Of a stretch of DNA of 64,000 nucleotides, positions 13,068 to 24,874 are shown in pieces. The DNA is from Octopus sinensis (Eukaryota). A program made the position numbers and the translations under genes. The notes below the pieces were generated by a model. That model searched no databases. It saw nothing but the letters and a program-made list of their open reading frames with translations, and was not told the DNA's origin. Where the stretch lies: the NCBI RefSeq assembly GCF_006345805.1, contig NC_043006.1, positions 3,658,001 to 3,722,000 of the forward strand, given 5' to 3'. The first letter of the stretch is position 1. Every line of letters begins with the position of its first letter.

Positions 13068-13409
13068 GTAATTAGTGTCGGGACATGTGAGATGGAAACA
13101 ATATGGATGACGGAAGTAGGAAAGACGAGAGAGACGGGTGTGCTTGAGTGGCTGTGACACAAGAGGAGCCGGCTCGGAGGAGCGGTGCCACAGGAGTCGC
13201 TGCAAAAATGACAAAACCGGAAGTCATGTTTGTGATAAGCATCCCCCTGTGTTACGAAATACTTCAACACTAAGCATCACTAATACAGCTATATATTTTT
13301 AATAGATAACAGACTATATTCTAGATCTTATACTTAAAACAAATCGAGCTTACTTTTGAGAGATGTTTTAATCACTAATACTTTACAAATATTGATTTCA
13401 AATTTTGGT

Positions 13410-13780
13410 ACAAAAAGAAGGGGATAAGTCTATAACGACGACCACAGTCCTTAACTGGTACTTATTTAATCGACCCCGCAAAAGATGAAAGGCAAAGTCG
13501 ACTTCGGCGGAATTTGAACTCAGAACTTAGCGGCAGACGAAATACCTATTTCTTTATTACCCACAAGGGGCTAAACATAGAGGAGACAAACAAGGACAGA
13601 CATAGGGATTAAGTCGATTACATCTACCCCAGTGCGTAACTGGTACTTAAATTATCGACCCCGAAAGGATGAAAGGCAAAGTCGACCTCGGCGGAATTTG
13701 AACTCACAACGTAACGGCAGACGAAATACCGCTAAACATTTCGCCCGGCGTGCTAACGATTCTGCCAGCTCGCTGCCTTA
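13410..13780 (-). mobile_element. Two nested/tandem SINE S1 copies
   Basis: Consensus-like cccagtgcgtaactggtac...gtcgacctcggcggaatttgaactc...ctgccagctcgc. Confidence 0.9.
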
Positions 13781-13886
13781 ATACTCTGCAAATATTAATT
13801 CACTTACGGTATATATCCACCCTTTGCCCATGCTACAATTAAACTACTACTACTACTACTACTACTAACTACTACTACTACTACTA

Positions 13887-13923
<37 letters not shown>

Positions 13924-13949
13924 TAATGACATTTGTTTATCTGAGCATT

Positions 13950-14160
13950 ATCTGGCGGTGAGCTGGCAAAATTGTTAGCACGCCGGACAAAATGCTTTGC
14001 GGCATCTCATCCGTCTTTAAGTTCTGTGTTCAAATTCTGCCGAGGTAAACTTCACCGTTCTACCCTTTCGAGGGCAATAAAATAAGTACCAGTTGAACAC
14101 TGGGGTCGATGTAATCGACTTAGTCGCCATTCCCCAAATTACTGGCCAAAATTTGAAACC
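13950..14160 (+). mobile_element. SINE S1
   Basis: ggcggtgagctggcaaaattgttagcacgccgg...gttcaaattc...aagtaccagttgaacactggggtcgatg. Confidence 0.85.
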
Positions 14161-14499
14161 ATTATTATGTATCAATACCTGTTCACTTCAGGTTACTTTT
14201 TTTCTTTTATCTCTTAGCATTATTTAATTACAGCATTTTTCGTACAGGCTCATGAGGTGCGGGTTACATTCGATAAAATAAAGTACCGGCCAAAAGCTAG
14301 GGTCGATACGATTTTGTATCTTTATTGTAAGGCAGCCACAACATAAATGAAATTATGAAGGAAAAATATTTCGTTATCTGGTCAAGGATAAGAGCAAGTT
14401 TATTGTGATATGATTCAAACGACTGGAATGTTCACCTGAGGTACCAACTGTAGGAACCAAACCGTTATATAACATATGAGTATTACGATAAACGTCGCC

Positions 14500-14790
14500 C
14501 TTTTCAAGCCTAGCCAGGCTCATGGACCCGGTTTCCAGGTTTCTGTGGCATATGTGTTCCCCCCAGCTGGACAGACGCCAGTCCATCGTTACTCAAGAAA
14601 CAGGAAGAGAGAGCGAGAGAAAGTTGGGGCGAAAGAATACAACAGGGGTCGCCACCACCCCTTGCCGGAGCCTCGTGAAGCTGTTAGGTGTTTTTGTTCA
14701 ATGAACACACACAACGCCCGGTTTGGGAATCGAAACCGCGATCCTCCGACCGCGAGTCCGCTGCCCTAACCACTGGGCCATTGCGCCTCC
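14500..14790 (-). mobile_element. SINE family S3, tail type a
   Basis: Head GGAGGCGCAATGGCCCAGTGGTTAGGGCAGCGGACTCGCGG...GGTTTCGATTCCC, as at 16962. Confidence 0.85.
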
Positions 14791-15519
14791 TATGAGTATT
14801 ACAGTTAATATGTTCTCTTTTCGTACTAAACAACCTCAATGATTGATAATTACTTTTTTTCTATTAAACCTCCAAAATCTGTGCCTTGCAAAGAAAAAGC
14901 GAATTGAAACAGAAAAGAGCAAAAACAAGCTCGAAAGACGCCTTTGTTTATTGTTTGTTTTGTATAAAATTCTTATTTCAATGTGAAGTTACTGAAACAT
15001 GACTCATTAGTTCGGGAATTATACGCCTAGGTGGAGTGAACATTGATTCATATAAATATCTGTGTCTCACAGCATATAAATTTGTCTATATCAGTGCAGT
15101 ATCGTATGGTTAAGAACTTCCGTTCGCATTCAGGCTTTGTTCTATCCTGAGGTACCTTAGACAGGTGTCTTCCACAACAGGTTCGAGTTGACGTCAGCCC
15201 TGTGAAATAGAACTAAGTAGATGGAAACTTTGTAGGAGCCAACCAAATGCGCTGTAATTATGATTCGGGTACTCATTTTTATCCCGTGGCATATATGAGC
15301 ATATATGCCAAAGTGCCTTTAGCTGAAGATTTCACTACGAATACAACTATCTGTGAAATATTAATCTACCTGAACTATAAAACGATTTGTTGGTATTTAC
15401 ACTGTGTGGGAGCAATGGAAACATTCCTTAGTCAAGATCTAAGAACTTGTCTTCAAGCCCTTGTCAGCTTTCTGAGCTTCATACGATGGATCATATGATT
15501 GTTTTCCTTGAACAAGGCG

Positions 15520-15720
15520 ATGTGCTGGAAGAATCGTTAGCGCGTCGGAGAAAATGCTCAGCGGCATTTCTTCTGTTCTGAGTTCAAATGCCACGGAGCT
15601 CAACTTTTCCTTTCATATATTTGGGATCGATAAAATAAAAACCAGTTGAAAAGTAGGTCGATATAATCAACCTACACCTCCTCCAAAATTGCTGGTCTTT
15701 GTTTGCGTCGCAATTTGAAA
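15520..15720 (+). mobile_element. SINE S1
   Basis: aaggcgatgtgctggaagaatcgttagc...gttctgagttcaaatgcc. Confidence 0.75.
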
Positions 15721-16252
15721 CTATTAATGTTTCCCGCGAATAATTATGAATCGGATGATGCGGAGATACAAGGACAGATGAGAATACCAAAGAACGCTCT
15801 TAGAAGAGAGAACTCGGTGTAGTATTGTTTTATTATTGGTTTAGATTAATACATGGTTGACAAAGAGATTGGGGGAAATAAGCATAGGGTGTTACCGAGC
15901 GGGGGTAGCTGTGCGACCGGCCAACTCAGAAGAGTAGAGAGAAATGCCGGAAAAAATAATGTACGGTCCATAACCACGAACGAATGCCATTTTCATTACA
16001 GGCAAACCGTAACCAAATGTAGAACATACAGGCATTACCTATTAGTTATAAATTGACCGGAAAGTATTTGTCTGTGATTAATAAGGTCACGTGAAACGAA
16101 TTTCCGGAAAAATTATTGCGAAAACCAATGAGGTTCTATGGTATACTTGATTCAAACACATAAGAGTCAATGGAAATGGCATCAAGATCAAACCCAGTAA
16201 ATGGAATATGCTGTATTTCTGATGATCAGATGCACATCGAACACATTCACTG

Positions 16253-16428
16253 ATTGGTTGTTGCAACAAAACTATTCCCCACCATCGTTGCCACTAAGTG
16301 CCGGTCGTAATCTGCCGTTATTGCCAGACCGATACTTCATACACTTCTGTAGATTCTTTGGGGCTGCGACAACCACGGGCGCGATACTCACCATGGACAA
16401 TTTATTGCGTTTTATAATTTTGGTAATT
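16253..16428 (+). promoter_or_regulatory. Possible promoter/first exon: inverted CCAAT, CpG-rich leader, accATGG, MDNLLRFIIL then TTG|gtaatt
   Basis: ATTGG at 16253-16257; ATG at 16393; donor at 16423; motif evidence only. Confidence 0.3.
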
Positions 16429-16833
16429 ATTTATCCTTAATTATCAGAACAAACTGTTAAAGAGGACACTGCTGTTTTTTGTGCAAATTATATTTTTATT
16501 GCTCATTGGATTTTACAAGGTGCATGGTTGTCACATGAGTCTCACCCATAAATATCTACGACACAGCCTTATAAAATGCCTTCCGTTGAATACAAAGGAA
16601 TTGATTAATATGTACGTTGCAGTCAAGTATTTACTTGTTTGGTTGTGGGGAAGGAGTAAGTTTCCAGAAAAAATTCATTGGTCTCTTAAAGATTTGAAAA
16701 TTCAAGTAAAACACATAACACAACAGTGTTATACAAGTAGACCACGTAGGTGTTACAAGTTTCTTAATTGTTGTTACGTCAACACACACACACAGACACA
16801 CACACATACACGCACACACACACGACCATACAT

Positions 16834-16900
<67 letters not shown>

Positions 16901-16917
16901 CATATATATATATACAT

Positions 16918-16961
<44 letters not shown>

Positions 16962-17259
16962 GGAGGCGCAATGGCCCAGTGGTTAGGGCAGCGGACTCGC
17001 GGTCGTAGGATCGCGGTTTCGATTCCCAGACTAGCCGTTGTGAGTGTTTATTGAGCGAAAACACCTAAAAGCTCCACGACGCTCCGGCAGGGGATGGTGG
17101 CGATTGCTGCTGTACTCTTTCGCTACAACTTTCTCTCACTCTTTCTTCTGTTGGCCTGCTCGCTTACCCAGCGGGGTGGCGTCATTTGAAGGCTAAAACA
17201 ATGCGAAGCGCATTGTGACCAGCGATGTGTAGCAACATCTGATGGTCTGGTCGATCACG

Positions 17260-17262
<3 letters not shown>
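16962..17262 (+). mobile_element. SINE family S3, tail type b
   Basis: tRNA-like head with A/B boxes, central ...aacacctaaaagctccacg...; tail ...gcaacatctgatggtctggtcg; (TA)n both sides. Confidence 0.85.
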
Positions 17263-17303
<41 letters not shown>

Positions 17304-18292
17304 AAGATATATATACATACATAAAGATATATATATATATACATAAAGATATATATATATGTATATATACAACTTATAAACAAGGGCAATAGAAAAATTA
17401 TTTCTATGCCAATATGCTGATAACAGACTTTTAAATCGTCAATTCCCACATATTATTATTTTACCCACTACAGAATTACGTTGTGCTGAAATCGAGGAAA
17501 GCCAGCCAACAGAATTTTTTAAAAAGTTCGTTATTTCTATATTGAATCAATTTCGGAATTAATCTCATAATAGATGTTTTCCCTCTTCAGTAGAAAATAC
17601 GAATAGAAATAAATGAAATACCTACATGCGCTCATGGAAAAAAAGCCGAAGCAAAAGTCATGTGTACATATAAGTACCCCAGATATATCTAAATATAAAA
17701 TCTTTTGGCTAGCCTCAGCACACTATTTACAATTGACGGATATTTGTCCTCATTTTGTTTGTTGACAAGATGAGGACAAATATCCGTCAATTGTAAATAA
17801 TGTAAAAGAAATGACAGTGGAGACATACAAGGAAACCGACCATTTTCTGTTTGTCTCTCTCTGAGTTTCCCTCTTTCTAATTCTCTCTCTCTCTCTCTCT
17901 TTTCTCTTTTCAAAACAAATCTTTCTCCCAGCGTTCACTATTTTCCTCTCGTTCTTCTCCAACCACCTTCCATGCTTCTTTTCGTTTCATTTCCTTTCGT
18001 TTCATGTCCCCAGTGTCATTTTTTTGTTCCCAGCTTTGACCTCCATAAATCCTAAATTTTAGTTTAGAATTTATCGGACAACGGTCTTTTAAGACTCAGA
18101 CTGTCGTTGAATGATCGAAATGAGAAGTAGAAAGACAGCGGACAACTGATGAAGTGGCCGTTCTCTCTGCTAACTTGTCCTGTTTTCCATTTTTTCTCGT
18201 GCTACGTATTTCACTCGTTTGTTTACGTATTTCATGTCATTTGCACCGTTGGTGATGTCCTCTACCCATATGTGCATGTGTCTGTCTATATA

Positions 18293-18710
18293 TATACTCT
18301 TTACTCTTTTACTCTTTTACTTGTTTCAGTCATTTGACTGCGGCCATGCTGGAGCACCGCCTTTAGTCGATCAAATCGACCCCGGAACTTATTCTTTGTA
18401 AGCCCAGTACTTATTCTATCGGTCTCTTTTGCCGAACCGCTAAGTGGCGGGGACGTAGACACACCAGCATCGGTTGTCAAGCAATGCTAGGGGGACAAAC
18501 ACAGACACACAAACACACACACACATATATATATATATACATATATACGACAGGCTTCTTTCAGTTTCCGTCTACCAAATCCACTCACAAGGCATTGGTC
18601 GGCCCGGGGCTATAGCAGAAGACACTTGCCCAAGATGCCACGCAGTGGGACTGAACCCGCAACCATGTGGTTGGTTAGCAAGCTACTTACCACACAGCCA
18701 CTCCTGCGCC
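18293..18710 (-). mobile_element. SINE S2, near full length
   Basis: Close match to 2882-3273 and 49273-49705. Confidence 0.9.
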
Positions 18711-18878
18711 TATATATATATATAAATGTAAGATTCAAGGATCGAGGTGCAAGAGGTAGGTGAGCTTCAAGCAAACAGTGGAAAATATAGAAACAATTTT
18801 TTATTGGAGCGGAAGGTGGTCGATTTTTTCTGTAAGCTGAAAAAAATTGTTTTATATTTTATTTTATATTTCATTCAG

Positions 18879-18887
18879 AGTCGCCAG
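18879..18887 (+). CDS. Candidate 9-nt micro-exon AGTCGCCAG
   Basis: tttatattttattttatatttcattcag | AGTCGCCAG | gtatgc. Confidence 0.45.
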
Positions 18888-18944
18888 GTATGCGAGGTGT
18901 CCACTTCCGAGAATTCGCTCACTATGAAACATATGTAGCTCGGA

Positions 18945-19700
18945 TATTATCAACTCTATTCTTTAACTCTTGTAACTAAAATAGAAATAAACAAATGGAA
19001 AATTCTTTAACAATGAATACTACGAATATATTTTATCAATGAAAAATACTACTACAAATTATCAATTGAAAATAGCTATATTTAAGCTATAATAGAACAA
19101 AGTCATCTATTAGAGATATTTATGAATATATAATATAGCTAAAAAAACATAAAAACTCACAAATATCCTTAACTCAGTTATAGTCCAAAATTTAATTACC
19201 AAATTATTTAACTAAATAATCATTATTCATATTTTAGATTTAATTACACATCTAATAATTATAAATTTTTTAAATGATAACTAAATTACTATCAACAAAT
19301 ATAGTGATTAAAGACTAAAATTAATGCTATCAATAAATGTATAGACATATAAAGAAAAATAAATAAATTAATTAATCCAATACTACTTACATAAATATTG
19401 AATATTAATATAATATAATTATGAGATACATTAAAAAAATTAAAGATTAAAATCAAATTAAAACCAGAAACCTAATTTTAAAAAATCGTATAACTATTAC
19501 CGATCTATATATCTATTTGGCTAAGTAAAATCTTACAAATAAACGTGGAGTTAAAATCTAATAATTATATACATAACTTCGATAACTAAATCATTACATA
19601 ACAATCAGTATTTATATAGTATACAAAATAATACAAGACTTATTAAAATATTTTTAATGTTAAAATTTTAAAATCTTAAATAGAAATAGATTACTTAGCT
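18945..19700. other. ~750 bp very AT-rich, A-skewed, microsatellite-free segment of unknown origin
   Basis: Visibly >80% AT with G depletion on +; no mitochondrial rRNA or protein motif recognised. Confidence 0.4.
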
Positions 19701-20019
19701 TTCCAAGGCTTTGTGATGATATATATATACATTATACATATATATATATATACATTTGTACACTCGAGAAGGGCTGTGCGTTTGTGTGCGATGGGCTATT
19801 TATCAATTTTCTGCGATACAATGTTGTAAACTAATTTGTGAAATAGAGTTGTCTATATCTAATCCACAAACGCAATTTAGCATTAGGTCCATAATAAGTA
19901 TCGTGAGAGGCGCTGTGTGATTGCTTTTATTGTTTGTGAACTGGTGTATTTATTGTTATTGTTATTTTGCTCTTGTTCTTGTTGCTACACTTCAAGCTTA
20001 TACCCATCGTAACAGTCAT

Positions 20020-20742
20020 TCTAGGAATAGGCACTTTTGCACTTTTCTTCTTTTATTATTTTAGTCATTCGACTGTCGCCATGCTGCAGCATCGCTTTGT
20101 AAGGTTTTAGTCGAACAAATCGACCTTAGTGCTTATTTTAAAGGCTGGTATATCTTTATCACAGCCTTTTGTTGAAATGCTAATTTTTTGAAGGATGTAA
20201 ACAAACCAACACCGGTTGTCAATCAGCGGGTGAGACTAACACAGATACGACGGGATTCCACCTACTTTTCGTCGACCAAATTCATCCACAAGGCATTGAT
20301 AGCTCCGAAGATATAGAAGAAGATACTTGCCCAAGTTGCCGCGCAGAGATATTGAACCCGAAACGACATGATTGGAAAGCGAGCTTCTTGTTCACACAGA
20401 TATATCTTCCGACTTTTTTTGTTTTCAGCTGCAGTGTATACCTTGGATAATACTATCCAATGTTTCCTTCTCTGGTGTTAGAGAGTATTTGAAGCAGATT
20501 TTTCTTCTAATCTTTTACTCTTTTATTTGTTTCAGTCATTTGACTGCAGCCATGCTGGAGCACCGCCGTTATTCGAACAAATCGACCCCAGGACTTATTG
20601 CTTGTAAGCCTAGTACTTATTTCATCGATCTTTTTTGTGAAACCGCTTAGTAAACACAACAGCATCGGTTGTCAAGAGATGGTGGGGTGAGGGCCAAGCA
20701 CAGATACACTTACACACACACACACACGCCCACACACACACT

Positions 20743-20830
<88 letters not shown>

Positions 20831-21070
20831 CTTCTAATATAGGATAATTTTTTTTCTAAAACAAATTTCATCAAAGTGGCAGCATATTAAAATACCTTTA
20901 AAGGTGAAAAAATTGTTTCGTATATATATATATACATATATTCGACGGGCTTCTTTCAGTTTCCCTCTATCAAATCCACTCACAAGGCTTTGGTCGGCCC
21001 GAGGCTATAGAAGAGGACACTTGTCCAAGGTGCAACGCAGTAGGACTAAGCCCGGAACCGTGGTAAGCAA
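20020..21070 (-). mobile_element. Two SINE S2 copies (about 20020-20400 and 20510-21070)
   Basis: Family motifs gtttcagtcatttgactgc...catgctggagcacc; ccactcacaaggc; internal (CA)n(TA)n. Confidence 0.8.
20429..20474 (+). CDS. Weak candidate 46-nt exon (phase 0: LQCIPWIILSNVSFS)
   Basis: Acceptor gactttttttgttttcag good; donor TG|gtgtta weak. Confidence 0.2.
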
Positions 21071-21249
21071 GCAACTGTATTTCATAAAATTTGTCATCAT
21101 AGACAGTACAAAGAGTGTGTAGCTTTGCGGGCTGGACAAACACATTAATACATGAAAATGAAATAGAATGAATAAATGAGAGACGAAACCCAACACCGGC
21201 CGATTGGATTTTTCTCGAAAATATATTTTCTTTTTTTTAAAAATCAATA

Positions 21250-22822
21250 TGAGGTTTCAAACCTCTTACAAGAAGGAGACACTAAAACCTCTTACTTAAC
21301 TTTTTTTTTTAAACACACAATTGAGGTTATAAACCACTACAAATAATACAATAAAATGAGGTTTCAAACCCTATAACGAGGGTCTTTCACCTCCTACTCT
21401 TCGATATATCCATCGATATATTCAGCATTATCTTCAATGCCGCTTGAGTTCTTGTATCCCGCTATTTCCCATGCCTCACTTATGTAGGACATGTAAGTCG
21501 TGTAAGGGCCACCCGGCCATATGCGACACTCCTCCCCAAATCCTTTAAGCCTTTCCCACAAGGGAAACCTTATGACCTCCACAGCTATCTGCGGAGGCCA
21601 TTCGGGATCCCGTATGAAGGGCATATCTACTGTCTCTTTATGTTCTTCTACTATTTTTTCCACCTCCCCGCCCTTGTAGAAAAAGATAATTAATTCATCA
21701 TCTTTAAGGGTGGGGTGGTTTCTTCCACCGTGGGTGGCACAAATTCGGGACATGCAGACGGCACATCATCTCCCTGCTGAGATGACCCGTTCTTCTTCCT
21801 TCTTTTTTTCTATTGTTGCCCGCCTTCTTCCTTTTTAATCCTTTTTGAGTTGAGGAGGCTGAAGCCTCCTCGACCACATCTACCTCTCCCTTTGACCGGG
21901 TAGGGGAGGTGGCATCTAGTGACTGTTCCAGGACCTTATCATGGTCCTGGGGGCAGTTCCTTTTAATGTGACCCGGCTGCAGGCACGAGTGACACTTGGG
22001 GGAACGTCCCTCAAGTATCACCGGATACCTGCAGCCAGCCATTTTCAAGAAATCTGGAAAAACCAGATCTGTTGCGGCCGATGGGGTCCGCAGGGTCAAA
22101 ATCGCTTTTGACCCTTCCCAATCGACCGCCGGCAATACCCTTATATTTAAGAGCCTGGGCCTGCCATCCCCCAGTCCCCGTCGGATGGTATCTTCAATCC
22201 AATCCGCTTCGGTGCCCGGGGGCAACCCACACACCCAGGCTCGTATTAATTTTCTTCCACAATATGACGGGAGGAACAGAATTTCCTTGCCTTCTAAAGG
22301 CTGACTCGCAAAGTGGCGAGCCTTTTCCCCGTTGTCAAACAGCAACCATACGGTTGCATGTTTGACACCACGGGATATATATTTTAAAGAGGACAAATGT
22401 TCTTTAAGTTAATTTTTTATGACTTGTTTTGGGAAGACGGTGATGGAATTAAGAACTTTAGAATACGTACTAAGTACCACCGTCTTCTTCTCCATATCTT
22501 TTAACCACTGCTTAGGCGGGTTAATTTCCCACTGTAAGACAGGGTTTTTCTTTTTAAGTTCCTTCTCTGCCTTGTCAAAAAACAGTTCAAAAGACAGTCT
22601 GCCAAAAAATTAAACCGAATAAAAATAAAACAAAATAAAAGAGGAGGGGAGGAAACTGAAATTAAAGTAATGAAAAGAATGAACCAAAATTTAGAAAGAA
22701 AGAAAAATAGAAGGGAAAAGTAAAAGAAAAACCTTACAAATAGCACAGACAGGGAATCCTTTGTATAATACTCCAAAAAGTCTTATTCTTATTTTTCTGG
22801 CGAGATACGCCCACTAGAATTT
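21250..22822 (-). mobile_element. Tx1/L1-like ORF1 (gag-like CCHC) element lacking ORF2
   Basis: YPVILEGRSPKCHSCLQPGHIKRNCP = C-X2-C-X4-H-X4-C knuckle; frame extends upstream through one stop (...LFFDKAEKELKKKNPVLQWEINPPKQWLKDMEKKTVVL...) and downstream via a frameshift into 21394-21753; no endonuclease/RT follows. Confidence 0.7.
21704..22396 (-). CDS. Zinc-knuckle ORF1-like protein fragment (230 aa)
   Basis: ORF track; CCHC motif. Confidence 0.7.
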   Translation of the reverse strand: MSSLKYISRGVKHATVWLLFDNGEKARHFASQPLEGKEILFLPSYCGRKLIRAWVCGLPPGTEADWIEDTIRRGLGDGRPRLLNIRVLPAVDWEGSKAILTLRTPSAATDLVFPDFLKMAGCRYPVILEGRSPKCHSCLQPGHIKRNCPQDHDKVLEQSLDATSPTRSKGEVDVVEEASASSTQKGLKRKKAGNNRKKEGRRTGHLSREMMCRLHVPNLCHPRWKKPPHP

Positions 22823-23487
22823 ACAAAATGAATTTTCAAGCAAAGATTCTCAATTCACCGTTATGGTGCTGAGAACCCAATATTTTGCTCGTTATAGCGA
22901 GCCATAATTGACCATTTTTCTTTTTGTTCTTTTTTTCTATTCACGGAGCCGAAACTCACATCTTCTCACTGTAACAGTCTAGACAAACTAGTGTTGCATT
23001 CTGGGTAAGCAAGCTACTTACCACACGGCCACCCCTGCGCCTACTTTGTATTTTTCGTCTACTCACTTGTTTCATAGGACTACGCTCATACTAGAACAGC
23101 ACCTTGGATAGATTTGCCAATCAAACCAACACTAGTATTTATTTTATCAATCGGCTTTGTCCCGACCGCTAAGTTACCATGTTTCCTTTTACTATTTCTT
23201 TCCTTATTCAAACTCATATGCAGTGTATCTTTCCTTATTCGAAACATTGGCTTACAATTTGACTATCATTTTCAACGTGTACATCTCTCACTTGGAGGCC
23301 CTGCCGTTGACTCAGGCCATTTGCAGTGTGTAGCATGTTAAATGTGACACTGATAAAGCAAACCTTTCACTGACAGGTGGAGTATTAGAGCAGAGTCAAA
23401 TATCAAATGTCTGTATTTTTAAACTTGTTTAATTTCATAATCAACTCTAATCCTAATTGCCTGACTATTACCAAAGACTTCAGTGAT

Positions 23488-23489
23488 CT

Positions 23490-23581
<92 letters not shown>

Positions 23582-23730
23582 TATCTATCTATATATATAT
23601 ATATATGACTATATATGTGTGTGTAGATCTATATATATGCTTGTATATATATATATATATATATATGCATGTATATATATATGTATGTATATATATGTAC
23701 ATATATATATATATATATACACACACACAT
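23488..23730. repeat. (TATC)n plus (TA)n microsatellite
   Basis: Directly visible. Confidence 0.95.
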
Positions 23731-23825
23731 GCATAACATCGATTAAAGGACAGAGTAAAGAAGCAAAACCTTTGTCATTACTGGAGAAAAAAGCATTTAA
23801 TTTAGATAGAGAATATAAATAGATA

Positions 23826-23887
23826 GAGTCTCTTACAGCCGTTTCTAGAGTAAGGACTCCATAAGCTGAGTATTCCGTCATCAACTG
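23826..23887 (-). ncRNA. Decayed hammerhead motif in a Penelope-type LTR remnant
   Basis: Minus: TTGATGA-C...ACTC agcttatg GAGT...-GAAAC-GGCT-GTA-AGAGACT; same architecture as 5931-6030. Confidence 0.5.
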
Positions 23888-24169
23888 TATTGTTTATTTC
23901 TTGATGGGACTGCGTAATGCTTACCTATCTTACTTCAATAATTCTTTCATCTTCGACAAACTGGAATATACTAATATTCTCGATTGGAGGTATTTCTTTA
24001 TTTATACATCTGTCTGACTTATTCCTCTCTGATGACGTATACTATCTTATGGCAACCTTACTCAGTAGCATAATCTACATGCTTGGATATTCAAAACACA
24101 GCTATAATCTTTTATCATGTATATCTTGTACATCTTGTACATCTTGTACATCTTCATTGTTCAGCACAA

Positions 24170-24349
24170 GCGTGGCTTCGTGACCAGAAATTTGCTTCCC
24201 AAACACGTGGTTTCGAGTTAAGTCCCAGCACATGACACCTTAGGCAAGTGTCTTCTAGAATAGCCTAGGGGCTGACCAAAGCCTTGTGAGTGGATTTGGT
24301 AGACGGAAACTGAAAGTTCTTTGTATATATATGTGTGTGTATGTGTGTG

Positions 24350-24381
<32 letters not shown>

Positions 24382-24630
24382 GTGTGTGTTCGTGTACGTG
24401 TGTGTGTCTACATATATATGTATATATCTATGTGTGTCCCCCAGAACAGTTTGACGATCTGTGTTGGTTTGTTTACGTCCCCATAACTTAGCGGTTCGTC
24501 AAAACAAAGCGACTGAATAAGTACGAGGCTTTAAACAATAAGTTCTGAGGTCGATTTGTTTGACCCAACTCCTCTAACCGCTGCCCCACATGGCTGCAAT
24601 CCTGTGATGAAACAAGTAAACGTTAAACGA
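24170..24630 (+). mobile_element. SINE S2, sense orientation
   Basis: ccttaggcaagtgtcttct...gccttgtgagtggatttggtagacggaaactgaa. Confidence 0.8.
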
Positions 24631-24737
24631 TCAAAATTTATTGAAGGAAAGTTTATGTGTTGGGTCTTTATTCTTTCTTTCTTTCTTTATTAATTTATTC
24701 GTCTTGAAAAAAGGGATTATAAGAATAGTTTTCATAG

Positions 24738-24874
24738 GTTCTCCAGAGACTGATGAAGCAGACACGGATAATGTTGTTTCTGAAAAGGTGCAGGTTGAAT
24801 ACTACAAGGCAGACACGTACAGGAGAAGAAATTTCAACTGGGCCAAGATACCGGGGTTCAAAGACTGGGTGTAG
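24738..24874 (+). CDS. Candidate exon GSPETDEADTDNVVSEK(VQVEYYKADTYRRRNFNWAKIPGFKDWV*)
   Basis: Acceptor ttttcatag; protein-like open frame; weak internal donors at 24788 and 24817, or terminal exon ending at TAG 24874. Confidence 0.3.

Noticed and set aside
12040-14265. Micro-exon-like AG..GT hits near 12053 and 14250
   Set aside because: Lie inside SINE remnants, where such patterns recur in every copy
14436-14447. Minus-strand 12-nt micro-exon TTGGTACCTCAG
   Set aside because: Weak pyrimidine tract; plausible chance hit
16962-17035. tRNA gene
   Set aside because: tRNA-like head continues into SINE body and tail and recurs at 14720-14790; no complete cloverleaf supported
18945-19700. Positive identification as a NUMT of a mitochondrial gene
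   Set aside because: No recognisable rRNA, cox, nad or atp motifs in the frames I translated; kept only as an alternative hypothesis
21252-21372. Mini-CRISPR (GTTTCAAAC repeats with unique spacers)
   Set aside because: Only three degenerate 15-mers with unequal spacing, inside a retroelement tail
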